A stretch of DNA of 57,698 nt from a virus (IMGVR_UViG_3300032053_000088:1-57698); one strand, 5' to 3'. Positions 9,078 to 18,172 are shown, numbered from the stretch's first letter. A program made the numbers and translations. The notes: generated from the letters alone by a model not told the origin.

Positions 9078-9587
9078 ATGAGTGCAATCCGAGAATCGGA
9101 AATGGGCTTCGGCGGCAGCGATCAGGAAGAAAAGACCAACCCCAATGTTCAATATATTCTGGAATCTTTAGACGAAGTAAAGGAAATACGAAGAAAACAG
9201 ATTATAGACGAAGCGGAATCAAAGTTAAAAGAAAAACTGGACGCGTTGGATGGAACGCCAAAAGATACTAAAAAGTTTGTCCCAGAGTTAAATATAGACG
9301 CCACAAATTTACCACAAGAAGGTGTAGCGGAGTGTAAAAAACTCATCCTCAACTTCAAAAAATTTCTCTACGAAAAGAAAAAAGATAGCGAAACACAAAA
9401 AGCAGAATCTCAAGTAATTCAGTCGGTGAATAAAAATGCGTATGAGTTGAGGCATATGATACTTGAAAATGCTATACATGTTGTTAGTGAAAATTTAAAA
9501 AATAAAAATGTTTCATTGGATCAATTTGTAGATAGTATAATGAAAGTTTCAGACAGATTTTATTCGTTTGTAGAAAATAGAAAATAA
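9078..9587 (+). CDS. Hypothetical protein
   Basis: 169-aa ORF, GAAAGG upstream. Confidence 0.75.
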   Translation: MSAIRESEMGFGGSDQEEKTNPNVQYILESLDEVKEIRRKQIIDEAESKLKEKLDALDGTPKDTKKFVPELNIDATNLPQEGVAECKKLILNFKKFLYEKKKDSETQKAESQVIQSVNKNAYELRHMILENAIHVVSENLKNKNVSLDQFVDSIMKVSDRFYSFVENRK

Positions 9588-9601
9588 AAACACAGAATAA
9601 T

Positions 9602-10219
9602 ATGAATGAAAATGAAATGTCTTTAATGACAATATTGAGAACTACCAATTCAGATTTGGCAGAACGACTGAAACGGTTGACCGTAGAAGTTAAACAGGAT
9701 AAGGAAAATTTATCGGAGGCGTCTCAAGAATACTCTAACAAATATAAAGATGAAATTGAAGAGGGAACCAAGAAAAGACAAAATTTTCTCACCGAAGGAA
9801 AGAACAGAGGGATGTCGGATGAAGAGGCTGAAAAATATGCTTATAGAGGTGGGTTTATGCCTACCGTTTATACTCCTATTTTGAATATGTTGTATTTCTT
9901 GTTAAGAGAGACGGATGACATTGATCGCGAGTTGAATCAGAAGAGAAAAGAGTATGACCAGAGGTATGGTCATTTGGTTGATAATACTATTCTATCGGAG
10001 AATATTACTCCTCCACCGGATATGGCTACATATCTTTATGGTAATATAACTCTTGATACGTTTGATAAATTGAAGAAATTGAAAGCATTAACTCAGAGTC
10101 CTAATGAACAGGAATCGTTTTTAGCTTATAGGAAATGTCTGGAGTTATGTAAGAAATTTGGATTAGAATTCGAAAAAATACCGTGTTATTGTACTAAACA
10201 ACAAAAAATTATAAAATGA
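9602..10219 (+). CDS. Protein with C-terminal DUF2786-like motif
   Basis: KLKKLKALTQSPNEQES...LCKKFGL resembles DUF2786. Confidence 0.6.
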   Translation: MNENEMSLMTILRTTNSDLAERLKRLTVEVKQDKENLSEASQEYSNKYKDEIEEGTKKRQNFLTEGKNRGMSDEEAEKYAYRGGFMPTVYTPILNMLYFLLRETDDIDRELNQKRKEYDQRYGHLVDNTILSENITPPPDMATYLYGNITLDTFDKLKKLKALTQSPNEQESFLAYRKCLELCKKFGLEFEKIPCYCTKQQKIIK

Positions 10220-11031
10220 AAATTGGTATAGTTTATTTAATAACAAATAACGTAAATAATAAAAAATACGTTGGAGTCACTACGTTGAAATTAAATCGTA
10301 GGTGGGATTCTCATAAAAGTGATAGTAAAAGATTAAAATATCCTTTATATAGATCGATTCGTAAATATGGAATTAATAATTTTAGTATAAAGCCTATAAA
10401 AGTTATACGTCATAAAAATAAAAATGTTATTATAGAAAAGTTAAATAAATTAGAAATAAAATATATTAAAAAATATAAAAGTTTTATAGAATGGAATAAA
10501 GGAGGATATAATCTTACAAGAGGAGGAAATATATCAAATATAAGTGAAAATAGTAGAAAAAAACAATCAAAAACTATGAAAGAACGTTATATTGATAATC
10601 CCACGCTAAGTAAAGAATATGGAAATAGAATAAAAATGGCATACAAAAACAAACCTGAATTAAGAAAAAAACTGAGTGAAGCACAAAAATGTAGGTTTAG
10701 AAATAAAGAGGAACGCCATAAATTGAGTCAATCTATTAAACAAGCTTATATAAACGATCCAAAATTGAGAGAAAAAATAAGTAAAATACATAAACAATTA
10801 AATGTTAATCGACCTGAATTAGGAATACAACATAGTAAAAGAATGAGGGGGATTAATCATCCACAATTTGATCATACAATTTATACATTTAAAAATTTAA
10901 TGACCGGTAATGTTTTTGTTGGAACTCGTTACGATTTTTACACAAAATATAATTTAGATAAAAATAAAATTTCTTTGTTAGTTAGTAAACAACGAAATCA
11001 TCATAAAAAATGGTATATAGAAAAGGATTAA
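10216..11031 (+). CDS. Free-standing GIY-YIG homing endonuclease
   Basis: GIVYLITN-KYVG, GYNLTRGG, basic NUMOD-like repeats. Confidence 0.88.
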   Translation: MKIGIVYLITNNVNNKKYVGVTTLKLNRRWDSHKSDSKRLKYPLYRSIRKYGINNFSIKPIKVIRHKNKNVIIEKLNKLEIKYIKKYKSFIEWNKGGYNLTRGGNISNISENSRKKQSKTMKERYIDNPTLSKEYGNRIKMAYKNKPELRKKLSEAQKCRFRNKEERHKLSQSIKQAYINDPKLREKISKIHKQLNVNRPELGIQHSKRMRGINHPQFDHTIYTFKNLMTGNVFVGTRYDFYTKYNLDKNKISLLVSKQRNHHKKWYIEKD

Positions 11032-11033
11032 AT

Positions 11034-11252
11034 ATGAAAGGTAGTTATCATTATCATTGTAAAGACACACCAGAATATCAAGAAGGTTATAGTGTCGGAT
11101 GTGTATCTGATAATCCCCATAAAAGTGACACGATAGAGTGGTTGAATTGGTATATAGGAGCGTCTGATTATGAAAAAGATTATTGTTGTTGGCTTTCTAG
11201 GATGATGAGTTGGGATCATTCTCCTAAAACGTATAACGATTTCCTGAGATAA
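11034..11252 (+). CDS. Hypothetical protein
   Basis: Small ORF after GIY-YIG gene. Confidence 0.55.
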   Translation: MKGSYHYHCKDTPEYQEGYSVGCVSDNPHKSDTIEWLNWYIGASDYEKDYCCWLSRMMSWDHSPKTYNDFLR

Positions 11253-11265
11253 AACAATACAGAGT

Positions 11266-11445
11266 ATGAATAGACGAAATTTTATATATAAATCAAGTTT
11301 AGCTACCACACTCATAAGTTTCGGTGGAATTCTTAACCTTGTTCCCGAAGTTAAATCTTTAACAGAAAAGTGGAAACCAACCGGTTTTTTAGATGGGTTG
11401 TCTGAAAGTCAATGTGAGGAAATGGCCTCAATACAAAAATGTTAA
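11266..11445 (+). CDS. 59-aa protein with twin-arginine-like signal and capsid-N-terminus-like motif
   Basis: MNRRNFI...; LTEKWKPTGFLDGL. Confidence 0.5.
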   Translation: MNRRNFIYKSSLATTLISFGGILNLVPEVKSLTEKWKPTGFLDGLSESQCEEMASIQKC

Positions 11446-11705
11446 GGTTTCGGATCAAACTAAACTGATAAGTGCTTGGAAATTATGAAAATAACCCCAA
11501 TATTTGGTATGAATGTTTGAATTGGAATGCTGTAGATTTCACTGCGAATGGGATGTATGGATGTATTCTGATGTTGGTGATTTGACCCGTCCAAACAAAT
11601 TTTTATATTGACAAATACTAATTTTGTGTTATAGTTATTATAGTAGAGAATTTATGACGTAATAACACTTGAAATTAGTGTTAAAATGTCATAGTAATTT
11701 TAAAT

Positions 11706-11790
11706 GGCGGTGTGGACGAAAGGGAAACAGCAGAACCGCTCGGCTTAGAACCGAATGTCCTTGGAGGTGCAATTCCTCTCACCGCTACCA
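11706..11790 (+). tRNA. tRNA-Leu(TAG), short variable region
   Basis: Cloverleaf, loop ctTAGaa, CCA. Confidence 0.75.
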
Positions 11791-11796
11791 TTTAAT

Positions 11797-11871
11797 GGGG
11801 ATATCTGTATAACGGTAATACGGTAGTTTTGCAGACTACAAATCGGCGTTCGATTCGCCGTATCTCCACCA
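11797..11871 (+). tRNA. tRNA-Ala(TGC)
   Basis: G3.U70, loop ttTGCag, CCA. Confidence 0.85.
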
Positions 11872-12050
11872 AACTTAACCAGAAGAGAAATCGTTTGGTT
11901 TTTGTTTATATCTTGGGATCGTAAAACCCCAGTGAGTTTTCACTCGTAGATATACCTAGAAAAAGATTTTTATATTTTTGTCCATATACTTATTTGTGGT
12001 GGCGATTGAGTATGCTGCCATTTTTATAAAACATAAAGAAAGGACAAAAA

Positions 12051-12203
12051 ATGTCAACATTGTTAGTAGGATTAGTATGTCTAGTAGTAGGTGCAGTCGG
12101 CGGCTGGGTCGCTTCATATTTGGTATTGAGAAACAATCCAAAAGTTAAGGGCAAAGTCGATGGCGTAGTTGGTGGTGTTGAAACCATCATCAAAAATAGA
12201 TAA
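12051..12203 (+). CDS. Small membrane protein (50 aa)
   Basis: MSTLLVGLVCLVVGAVGGWVASYLVL...; GAAAGGA upstream. Confidence 0.65.
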   Translation: MSTLLVGLVCLVVGAVGGWVASYLVLRNNPKVKGKVDGVVGGVETIIKNR

Positions 12204-12237
12204 TAACAAACAACACAGGCTCCGACAGGAGCCAACT

Positions 12238-12315
12238 GGTCATGTAGCCCAATTGGTAGGAGGCACTACTTTCAGGAAGTAGATAGCGTGAGTTCGAATC
12301 TCACCATGACCACCA
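12238..12315 (+). tRNA. tRNA-Leu(CAG), short variable loop
   Basis: ctact-ttCAGga-agtag, CCA. Confidence 0.85.
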
Positions 12316-12384
12316 TTTTATATCTTGACTTTTCTTTTTTCGCCTTTATATTTATTAGATGGAGAATTATTTTATTATACTCAT

Positions 12385-12834
12385 ATGAAAAAAAGTCAAT
12401 TGAAAGCATTAATTAAAGAAGTAGTTTCAGAAACAAGAAGACAAAGAGACGTAGTTAGACATGACTGGTTTAAAACATTTGCCTATTTCGAATCATTAGA
12501 AATTCCAGGGTTATCTACTGCTGATAATGAAGTTGAGATCACCGCTAATTTTGAATATGATTTTGATCCAGGCCAAAAATGGACTCGGGATTCTCCTGAA
12601 TTTCCACCATCCGTCGATATGTTGGATTCAGAGCCTATTAAAGTCGATGTATTTGGTGACGGTGGACGGTTGGTCGTTTCCAAAAAGTTTGATGAGTTAA
12701 ATGGCGAACAACAAAAAATAATTGGTGAGGCACTTGTATATTTCATGAAAGACAAAATCGGAAAACAACATCTTGAGGATACTTTTTGGGATATGAGAAA
12801 TAGTGCTTCCCAACGTTACGATCCCGAAGGTTAA
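12385..12834 (+). CDS. Hypothetical protein, possible internal virion protein
   Basis: MKKSQLKALIKEVVSE N-terminus; TATTTATT upstream. Confidence 0.75.
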   Translation: MKKSQLKALIKEVVSETRRQRDVVRHDWFKTFAYFESLEIPGLSTADNEVEITANFEYDFDPGQKWTRDSPEFPPSVDMLDSEPIKVDVFGDGGRLVVSKKFDELNGEQQKIIGEALVYFMKDKIGKQHLEDTFWDMRNSASQRYDPEG

Positions 12835-12907
12835 TTTTAACATTGACTTTCTCCAAATCTGTGGTATTATATCTCAAAAGGTTAACAACCTTGTTATAAT
12901 ATAAGTT

Positions 12908-13600
12908 ATGCCATCAGAACAACCAATGCCGTTTACAATGGCCGAAATAACGGCCATGAAAAATGATTTTTACAAATATTACCCCAAAGATTTTTCTCAT
13001 CCAGAAGATGAAGGTGTTTATCATTATAAGTGGATATCAGAGTGGGAACCCCTTATACAATATCTTGTTGGTGTAGATGATGTAGTTGGTGTAGAAATTG
13101 GAACTAATTATGGAGCATTCGCATCTTGGGCCTCTCGGAACGTTTTGACTGGTAAGAACACAATGCTCTATACCATCGATGTAAATTATAACAAATATAT
13201 ACTTCACAATTTAAAAAATCTACCCAATGTTACTTTTATACAAGGTGAAAGTGGTGATGTATTAAAAACTTTAACCCATAAAGGACAGAAAAAAGAATTT
13301 GCATATTTTGTTTATGTTGATGGTAATCACTTCGCTGCTAATGTGTTGGAAGATGCAGTATTAGGATTTTCTCTGTTAAAAGAGGATGGTTTAATTATAT
13401 TTGACGATTATGGTTGGGGGATTCATACGGAAGATGAATCAGTTAAGCCAAAGACAGGAGTGGATGCATTCTGCCACGGTTACAAAGGACATTATGATGT
13501 TGTAGCGACGGGGTGGCAAATATTTCTGCAAAAAAAGAAACACACATTTGATCCAAAGGAAATAGAAAATAACTATTATGGGATGAAACACTCGTTGTGA
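12908..13600 (+). CDS. Class I SAM-dependent methyltransferase (Methyltransf_24-like)
   Basis: VEIGTNYG, YVDGNH, IIFDDY motifs. Confidence 0.85.
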   Translation: MPSEQPMPFTMAEITAMKNDFYKYYPKDFSHPEDEGVYHYKWISEWEPLIQYLVGVDDVVGVEIGTNYGAFASWASRNVLTGKNTMLYTIDVNYNKYILHNLKNLPNVTFIQGESGDVLKTLTHKGQKKEFAYFVYVDGNHFAANVLEDAVLGFSLLKEDGLIIFDDYGWGIHTEDESVKPKTGVDAFCHGYKGHYDVVATGWQIFLQKKKHTFDPKEIENNYYGMKHSL

Positions 13601-13992
13601 AACCAAAATGTGAAAGATGTAAAGTAGATTTGGAACTTGTAGATGCTCACGAGCCGTGGTCGGATGAACACTATCAATGCCCTCAATGTGATGGAACGTA
13701 TAATATAGAAGAATTCTGTGAATTTTGTGGTTTGAGAACGATTACAAGGAATCATCACTTGACACCCAGAAGTAAAGGTGGTAAAGATACTGCTCTATGT
13801 TGTGAAAATTGTGAAAATTTCATTCATTCTACTTGGTCGCATAATGAACTAAGAGATATGTATAATAATGTTGAAACCATTGTTCAAAATGAAAAATTTC
13901 AGAAGTTTCTTAAGTGGAGATTGAAACAACCGACGACTGTTGTGTTCAAGTCGGATCGTGGTAACAATCGGTGTAAGAGAAAGTATAGTTAA
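13597..13992 (+). CDS. Zn-finger HNH family protein
   Basis: CxxC pairs, HHLTPRSKGG...CENCENFIH. Confidence 0.75.
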   Translation: MKPKCERCKVDLELVDAHEPWSDEHYQCPQCDGTYNIEEFCEFCGLRTITRNHHLTPRSKGGKDTALCCENCENFIHSTWSHNELRDMYNNVETIVQNEKFQKFLKWRLKQPTTVVFKSDRGNNRCKRKYS

Positions 13993-13993
13993 T

Positions 13994-14170
13994 ATGAATG
14001 ATGAATATAATGAAGACAGAGAGTGGTTGATTCGTGAAATCTATAGTTTGATAGATGAATTGGATAATAAAGAAAGAGAGATTGCTAATCTTTATACAAA
14101 AAAAGTTAAATATGAAAAAATACTTAAATTGTTAAATAAACAACAAAAGGTATCACGAAAAGGAAAATGA
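13994..14170 (+). CDS. Small coiled-coil hypothetical protein
   Basis: ATG after repeated GAAAGTATAGTT motif. Confidence 0.55.
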   Translation: MNDEYNEDREWLIREIYSLIDELDNKEREIANLYTKKVKYEKILKLLNKQQKVSRKGK

Positions 14171-14212
14171 TATAAAATACAAATACCGTGAGTAAACGAA
14201 AGTATAGTTGAT

Positions 14213-14458
14213 ATGACAAAAAAAATAAAAAATGTGTGGGTTATTGAAAAATTTTATAGAGAAGATCTCCTCGTTGGAGATTCATATAACGGAAATGGGT
14301 TATCATCAGTTTTAAACGATACTGTTGTCAAGTATCCAAATATATTTACGAATCGAAGAGATGCTAGAATTATTTTAACATCCTTAAGAAGAGCACAAAA
14401 AACTGGAGAAGTCCAAAAATATTATAAGTTTAAACTTAATAGATTTAAGAAAGTATAG
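14213..14458 (+). CDS. Hypothetical protein
   Basis: 81-aa ORF. Confidence 0.65.
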   Translation: MTKKIKNVWVIEKFYREDLLVGDSYNGNGLSSVLNDTVVKYPNIFTNRRDARIILTSLRRAQKTGEVQKYYKFKLNRFKKV

Positions 14459-14463
14459 TTGAT

Positions 14464-14598
14464 ATGAAAAAACTGACTAAAAAAGAAAAACAGATAGTTA
14501 AAGAGTTTCAAGAAGTATTGGAGAAACATAAAAAGTTGGGGTCGTTGAAACTGGCCACGTTGATTAGTCCGTGTTTTCCGATAAGAAAGGATGAATAA
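14464..14598 (+). CDS. Small hypothetical protein
   Basis: 44-aa ORF after repeated motif. Confidence 0.45.
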   Translation: MKKLTKKEKQIVKEFQEVLEKHKKLGSLKLATLISPCFPIRKDE

Positions 14599-14636
14599 TA
14601 TGACCAAAGATGTAACTGGAATGCCTAATCGATAAT

Positions 14637-14882
14637 ATGAATGAAGACGAAAAAATCACAATACGGGAAGTAAAAGAAGATGATTTTAGAAAAGGAATTC
14701 TTTCGGGAGAAGTTATACCACATGATGTCGAAATAATCATCAAGTTCAAAAATGGAAAAGTTATGAACAGTTTTGTATCTTGGGAAACAATATATACACT
14801 TTACAAATTTCACAACAAGTGTGCTGTAGGAGAAATTTACGAACTGATGATAGAAAATTCATTATTATCAAATGTGATGTGA
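14637..14882 (+). CDS. Hypothetical protein
   Basis: 81-aa ORF. Confidence 0.6.
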   Translation: MNEDEKITIREVKEDDFRKGILSGEVIPHDVEIIIKFKNGKVMNSFVSWETIYTLYKFHNKCAVGEIYELMIENSLLSNVM

Positions 14883-14890
14883 GGGGTAAT

Positions 14891-15106
14891 ATGAGAATAT
14901 TAAGACTTATAAAGATTTCATTCGATAGTTTAGAAAATCATCATCCGTGGGTTGAGGAAACAATAGCCTCGTTTTGTGATGATGAAAATGATACTGCTTA
15001 CGCTAAGGCAAAAAACCATATAAATAATATATCTGAAAAGGTATATGTCGGTTACGATTTAGAAGTGTATCCAAAATATAAGTTAATAGAAGAAACTGCG
15101 ATTTAA
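14891..15106 (+). CDS. Hypothetical protein
   Basis: GAGGGG upstream of ATG. Confidence 0.6.
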   Translation: MRILRLIKISFDSLENHHPWVEETIASFCDDENDTAYAKAKNHINNISEKVYVGYDLEVYPKYKLIEETAI

Positions 15107-15108
15107 AT

Positions 15109-15351
15109 ATGTTCTTTGTTTACATGGTTCTATGTTCCGATAAAACGTTATACACCGGATATACGAAAGATCTTGACAAACGTATCAAAGAACATAATGA
15201 AGGAAAACGAGGATCAAAATATACAAAATCTAGAAGACCAGTAAAGTTAATTTATAAAGAAAAATATTTAGATAAATCGTCTGCAATGAAAAGAGAGTAT
15301 CAGATTAAACAATTGAGTAAAAAAGAAAAGTTAAAGTTATTACACGATTAG
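15109..15351 (+). CDS. GIY-YIG nuclease, UPF0213 (YhbQ/YazA)-like
   Basis: FVYMVLCSDKTLYTGYT...GSKYTKSRRPV...AMKREYQIK. Confidence 0.88.
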   Translation: MFFVYMVLCSDKTLYTGYTKDLDKRIKEHNEGKRGSKYTKSRRPVKLIYKEKYLDKSSAMKREYQIKQLSKKEKLKLLHD

Positions 15352-15375
15352 AAAAAAGAAAGGTAAAAGAATATA

Positions 15376-15663
15376 ATGAATCCAAACATTCCAAGTTTTA
15401 ATCCGAGTGTTCCTCCACAGAGACAACAGCAAGTAAGAATTCAACTTAATAACACTCAGCCAGTTGTTTGTAGTAAATGTGGTGGTCAAGTATTTGCCGA
15501 AGGTGTGGTTTTTCGTAAAGTTAGTCGCTTGTTGACTGGTCAACCTGATGATGGGGTAATGCCTATTCCAGCCTTTTATTGTGTTAAATGCCAAGAGCCA
15601 TTGGAAGAAATGCTTCCTGACGAATTGAAGGAAGAATTGAACAAGGGTAAGATCATTAGTTAA
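15376..15663 (+). CDS. Zn-ribbon phage protein
   Basis: Two CxxC motifs. Confidence 0.75.
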   Translation: MNPNIPSFNPSVPPQRQQQVRIQLNNTQPVVCSKCGGQVFAEGVVFRKVSRLLTGQPDDGVMPIPAFYCVKCQEPLEEMLPDELKEELNKGKIIS

Positions 15664-15667
15664 AATC

Positions 15668-16246
15668 ATGAATATGGTGGAGTTTACTATTTCCAATTAT
15701 AAAGTATCCCAACAAAAACAATGGGATATTTTATTATTTTTATATAAAAAATATTTACATAAAGATAAAATTTGGCATTTCTTTTATGAACTTTATACAA
15801 ACATAATTCGATGTTCTAGAAGATTCGAAGGTAAAGTTCAACGATATTTAAAAAAACAAAAAGTGGATTTTGAAGTAAAGAATGAATGGGTAGATAATCA
15901 AGAAATTACCAGAAAATATCAAGATCAATTTCAGAATGTATTTCATGCTAATTCTGAAATTATTATGAGAATGGCTCTTGATCCAACATATAAATCTATG
16001 GATATTTTTTTTGTTGGTGATAGATTTATTCATTGTTTTTTGTTAAATTGTAATTATATTGCTAAATCATGGAAATCGGATTCAAATGGAAAAGATCATT
16101 GGGAATCTTATTTAACACACGTAATTGCAGATCAAAGAAGAAAATATATTGAATTTCTTCAAGATGAACTTTCAAAATCAACATGTAAACCAGAAGATTA
16201 CGATTTAGATTATTTTGAAAAAAAGGATAAAAACGATGAAACATAA
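15668..16246 (+). CDS. Hypothetical protein
   Basis: 192-aa ORF. Confidence 0.7.
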   Translation: MNMVEFTISNYKVSQQKQWDILLFLYKKYLHKDKIWHFFYELYTNIIRCSRRFEGKVQRYLKKQKVDFEVKNEWVDNQEITRKYQDQFQNVFHANSEIIMRMALDPTYKSMDIFFVGDRFIHCFLLNCNYIAKSWKSDSNGKDHWESYLTHVIADQRRKYIEFLQDELSKSTCKPEDYDLDYFEKKDKNDET

Positions 16247-16415
16247 AACTACAAGAAAACAAAGAAAAGAAACTGCTAATAAATCATATAAATCCTTTTA
16301 CGAAAGTCAGTTAGGATTATCTAGACGGAAGAGCGCGATTCGCCAGTGGGTTCCACCTGTTAAAGAAAAAACCGAAGAAAAAGTTGAAAATACCCAAGAA
16401 GTTAAGGAATTGTAA
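16236..16415 (+). CDS. Small basic hypothetical protein
   Basis: AGGA upstream of ATG. Confidence 0.5.
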   Translation: MKHKTTRKQRKETANKSYKSFYESQLGLSRRKSAIRQWVPPVKEKTEEKVENTQEVKEL

Positions 16416-16462
16416 AAAATTACTTGACGGGTTTTAAAATTGGTGTATATTTATAATTGAAT

Positions 16463-16536
16463 GGCAGTATCGTTCAACAGAAGGACCGGCGAATCATAAT
16501 CGCAAAACATCCGTGCGACTCGGATTACTGCTACCA
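16463..16536 (+). tRNA. tRNA-Met/Ile2(CAT)
   Basis: Loop atCATaa, CCA; promoter at 16424-16451. Confidence 0.75.
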
Positions 16537-16539
16537 AAT

Positions 16540-16614
16540 GGACTGATGGTGAAATGGATATCACGCAACCCTGCGGAGGTTGAGTTCCGGGTTCGACTCC
16601 CGGTTGGTCCGCCA
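16540..16614 (+). tRNA. tRNA-Arg(GCG)
   Basis: caacc-ctGCGga-ggttg, canonical T-arm, CCA. Confidence 0.88.
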
Positions 16615-16622
16615 GATTTTGT

Positions 16623-16952
16623 ATGGAAAAAGAAAAAGTGGTTATATATACGATTACTTCTCTTGTTGAAGATAATAATGGTGATATAGTGGAAGATAGG
16701 GTGGTGGGATGGTATTCGGACCTTAAAATTGCCAAACAATGTGTGGAAGAAGATTGGGCAGATTTTGATGAGGCTGGATATTACAATTATGTTGTAATTG
16801 AACGGAACGTTGAAGGTTTGTATAACATAAATGGATTTGAACTTGACATACAGACCGAATGGTGGTATAAGTTTGATGACGACAACAATAAATGGGTTGT
16901 GTGTGAAAAACCCGATTGGTCAGTAGGTATAGTTGGGTGGGGATTGGGTTAG
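16623..16952 (+). CDS. Hypothetical protein
   Basis: 109-aa ORF between tRNAs. Confidence 0.75.
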   Translation: MEKEKVVIYTITSLVEDNNGDIVEDRVVGWYSDLKIAKQCVEEDWADFDEAGYYNYVVIERNVEGLYNINGFELDIQTEWWYKFDDDNNKWVVCEKPDWSVGIVGWGLG

Positions 16953-16960
16953 AATTTTAA

Positions 16961-17044
16961 GCCGAAGTGGCACCAGTGGCGACTGCGCCGCTTTTGTAAA
17001 GCGGAATACAAACATCGGGGGTTCGAGTCCCTCCTTCGGCTCCA
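16961..17044 (+). tRNA. tRNA-Thr(TGT), enlarged variable region
   Basis: ccgct-ttTGTaa-agcgg; G1-C72, C2-G71. Confidence 0.8.
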
Positions 17045-17136
17045 TTTTTCTATAGAAACTAAGGTTAGTTGAAGGAACCTTAAACTAAAAATTCAACGCT
17101 TCTTTGGTATTTTGTTGTTGAAATGAAAATACCAAT

Positions 17137-17210
17137 GCCAGGTTGATGTAAAAGTAGCCTGTTAGTTTCGTAAACTAAATGAGTCGGAGCGTTACCGACA
17201 CTTGGCTCCA
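17137..17210 (+). tRNA. tRNA-Thr(CGT)
   Basis: ttagt-ttCGTaa-actaa; non-canonical T-loop agcgtta. Confidence 0.8.
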
Positions 17211-17276
17211 GTTTTTTCTTGACATTTTTCTGTTATGATGTATATTAAATAGTAGTAAAGAAATAAAGGAAAATAA

Positions 17277-17456
17277 ATGAAAAATATAGTAAGTATGTTA
17301 GTCGGTTTACTTCTTCTCGTGTCTATTGTAGGATGTGCAACTACCCCGCCAGCGCCAATGATTGAGAGTTCAGAGTATAGTAAGTCTCTTAAGTTTCAGT
17401 CGGATTTGATGAATGGAAATCCGAACGTTGTTCCTGTTCCTGCTTGGGTTCAGTAA
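17277..17456 (+). CDS. Small lipoprotein (59 aa)
   Basis: MKNIVSMLVGLLLLVSIVGC lipobox; promoter 17219-17246. Confidence 0.7.
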   Translation: MKNIVSMLVGLLLLVSIVGCATTPPAPMIESSEYSKSLKFQSDLMNGNPNVVPVPAWVQ

Positions 17457-17610
17457 TATGTGATTGATGTTTAGGAAGTTATAAAAAGCCAAAAATAGTT
17501 CTTGACAAACAATGGAGATGTGGTAAAGTATGTATGGTAAAAGAAAAAAGACCAAAAAAAGTCAAAAAAAGATTTGACAAAAACAGATTTGAATGATATA
17601 TATAGTTAGT

Positions 17611-17697
17611 ATGACAATGTGGCATAGACAATTTAAATATAGTGAATCACCTTCTATTGAAGATAATAGAGGTATCGGCGGAGGAGGAACCGCGTAA
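17611..17697 (+). CDS. Putative attenuator leader peptide MTMWHRQFKYSESPSIEDNRGIGGGGTA
   Basis: Short ORF between promoter (TTGACA 17574) and terminator; its 3' end carries the antiterminator strand. Confidence 0.6.
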   Translation: MTMWHRQFKYSESPSIEDNRGIGGGGTA

Positions 17698-17757
17698 GAA
17701 AGTAGAAGATTTTGCCCTCCAACGCCGATCTGAAAAGGTCGGCGTTTTTTGTTTTTT
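17674..17757 (+). promoter_or_regulatory. Attenuator: antiterminator (17674-17687 with 17716-17729) versus terminator (17721-17757)
   Basis: atcggcg-ga-ggagg pairs with cctcc-aa-cgccgat; terminator aacgccgatct-gaaa-aggtcggcgtt plus T-tract. Confidence 0.65.
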
Positions 17758-17758
17758 G

Positions 17759-17941
17759 GAGTGGTTTTGGTATGATACTATTTGAACCGAGAATCAAGTA
17801 TCCGTAGAGGCGAGCCGTAGGGAATGTCGGAGACGCCAGTTCAAGTGGGGACACTTGGGCCACCAACGTAGGTCAAAAAACCCTAATATTGATAGTTGTA
17901 TAATTTTCGGGTATTCTATGGAACAACCTGTCACCGCACTC
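17759..17941 (+). ncRNA. Putative multibranch structured RNA
   Basis: gagtg/cactc closure; helices gatac/gtatc, ggcg/cgcc, caagtg/cacttg, tgatag/ctgtca. Confidence 0.4.
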
Positions 17942-17994
17942 TCAGGCCATAGATTTCGAACGTTTCGTGTGTAACGTCCCGAAGACACACAAAT

Positions 17995-18068
17995 AGGCGG
18001 TTCGTATAATGGTATTACTCTGGTCTCCAGAACCAAGAATGTGGGTTCGATTCCTACACCGCTTGCCA
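17995..18068 (+). tRNA. tRNA-Trp(CCA)
   Basis: Loop ctCCAga, G73, CCA. Confidence 0.85.
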
Positions 18069-18073
18069 ACTTC

Positions 18074-18133
18074 TGCGCTCTACATAGTGAAACTCTATGG
18101 TAAAGCCGAGGCGCATTTCTCAAAAATATCGGC
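18074..18133 (+). ncRNA. Pseudoknot RNA, copy 1
   Basis: Homologous to 24011-24068 with compensatory changes. Confidence 0.65.
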
Positions 18134-18139
18134 AAATAT

Positions 18140-18172
18140 AGTCCTGTAATTTAACGGTAGAATATCTTTTTA
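18140..18172 (+). pseudogene. 5' tRNA fragment before endonuclease gene
   Basis: agtcctg-ta-attt-aacggt-agaat acceptor strand and D-arm without a 3' half. Confidence 0.45.

Noticed and set aside
11906-11954. Small two-hairpin element as an IS end
   Set aside because: No transposase or tnpB remnant nearby; too short to support a call.
18074-18133. HDV-like theta ribozyme or SAM-II riboswitch
   Set aside because: Lacks the nested P3/P1.1/P4 order and catalytic J4/2, and lacks the SAM-II core; kept as unknown.
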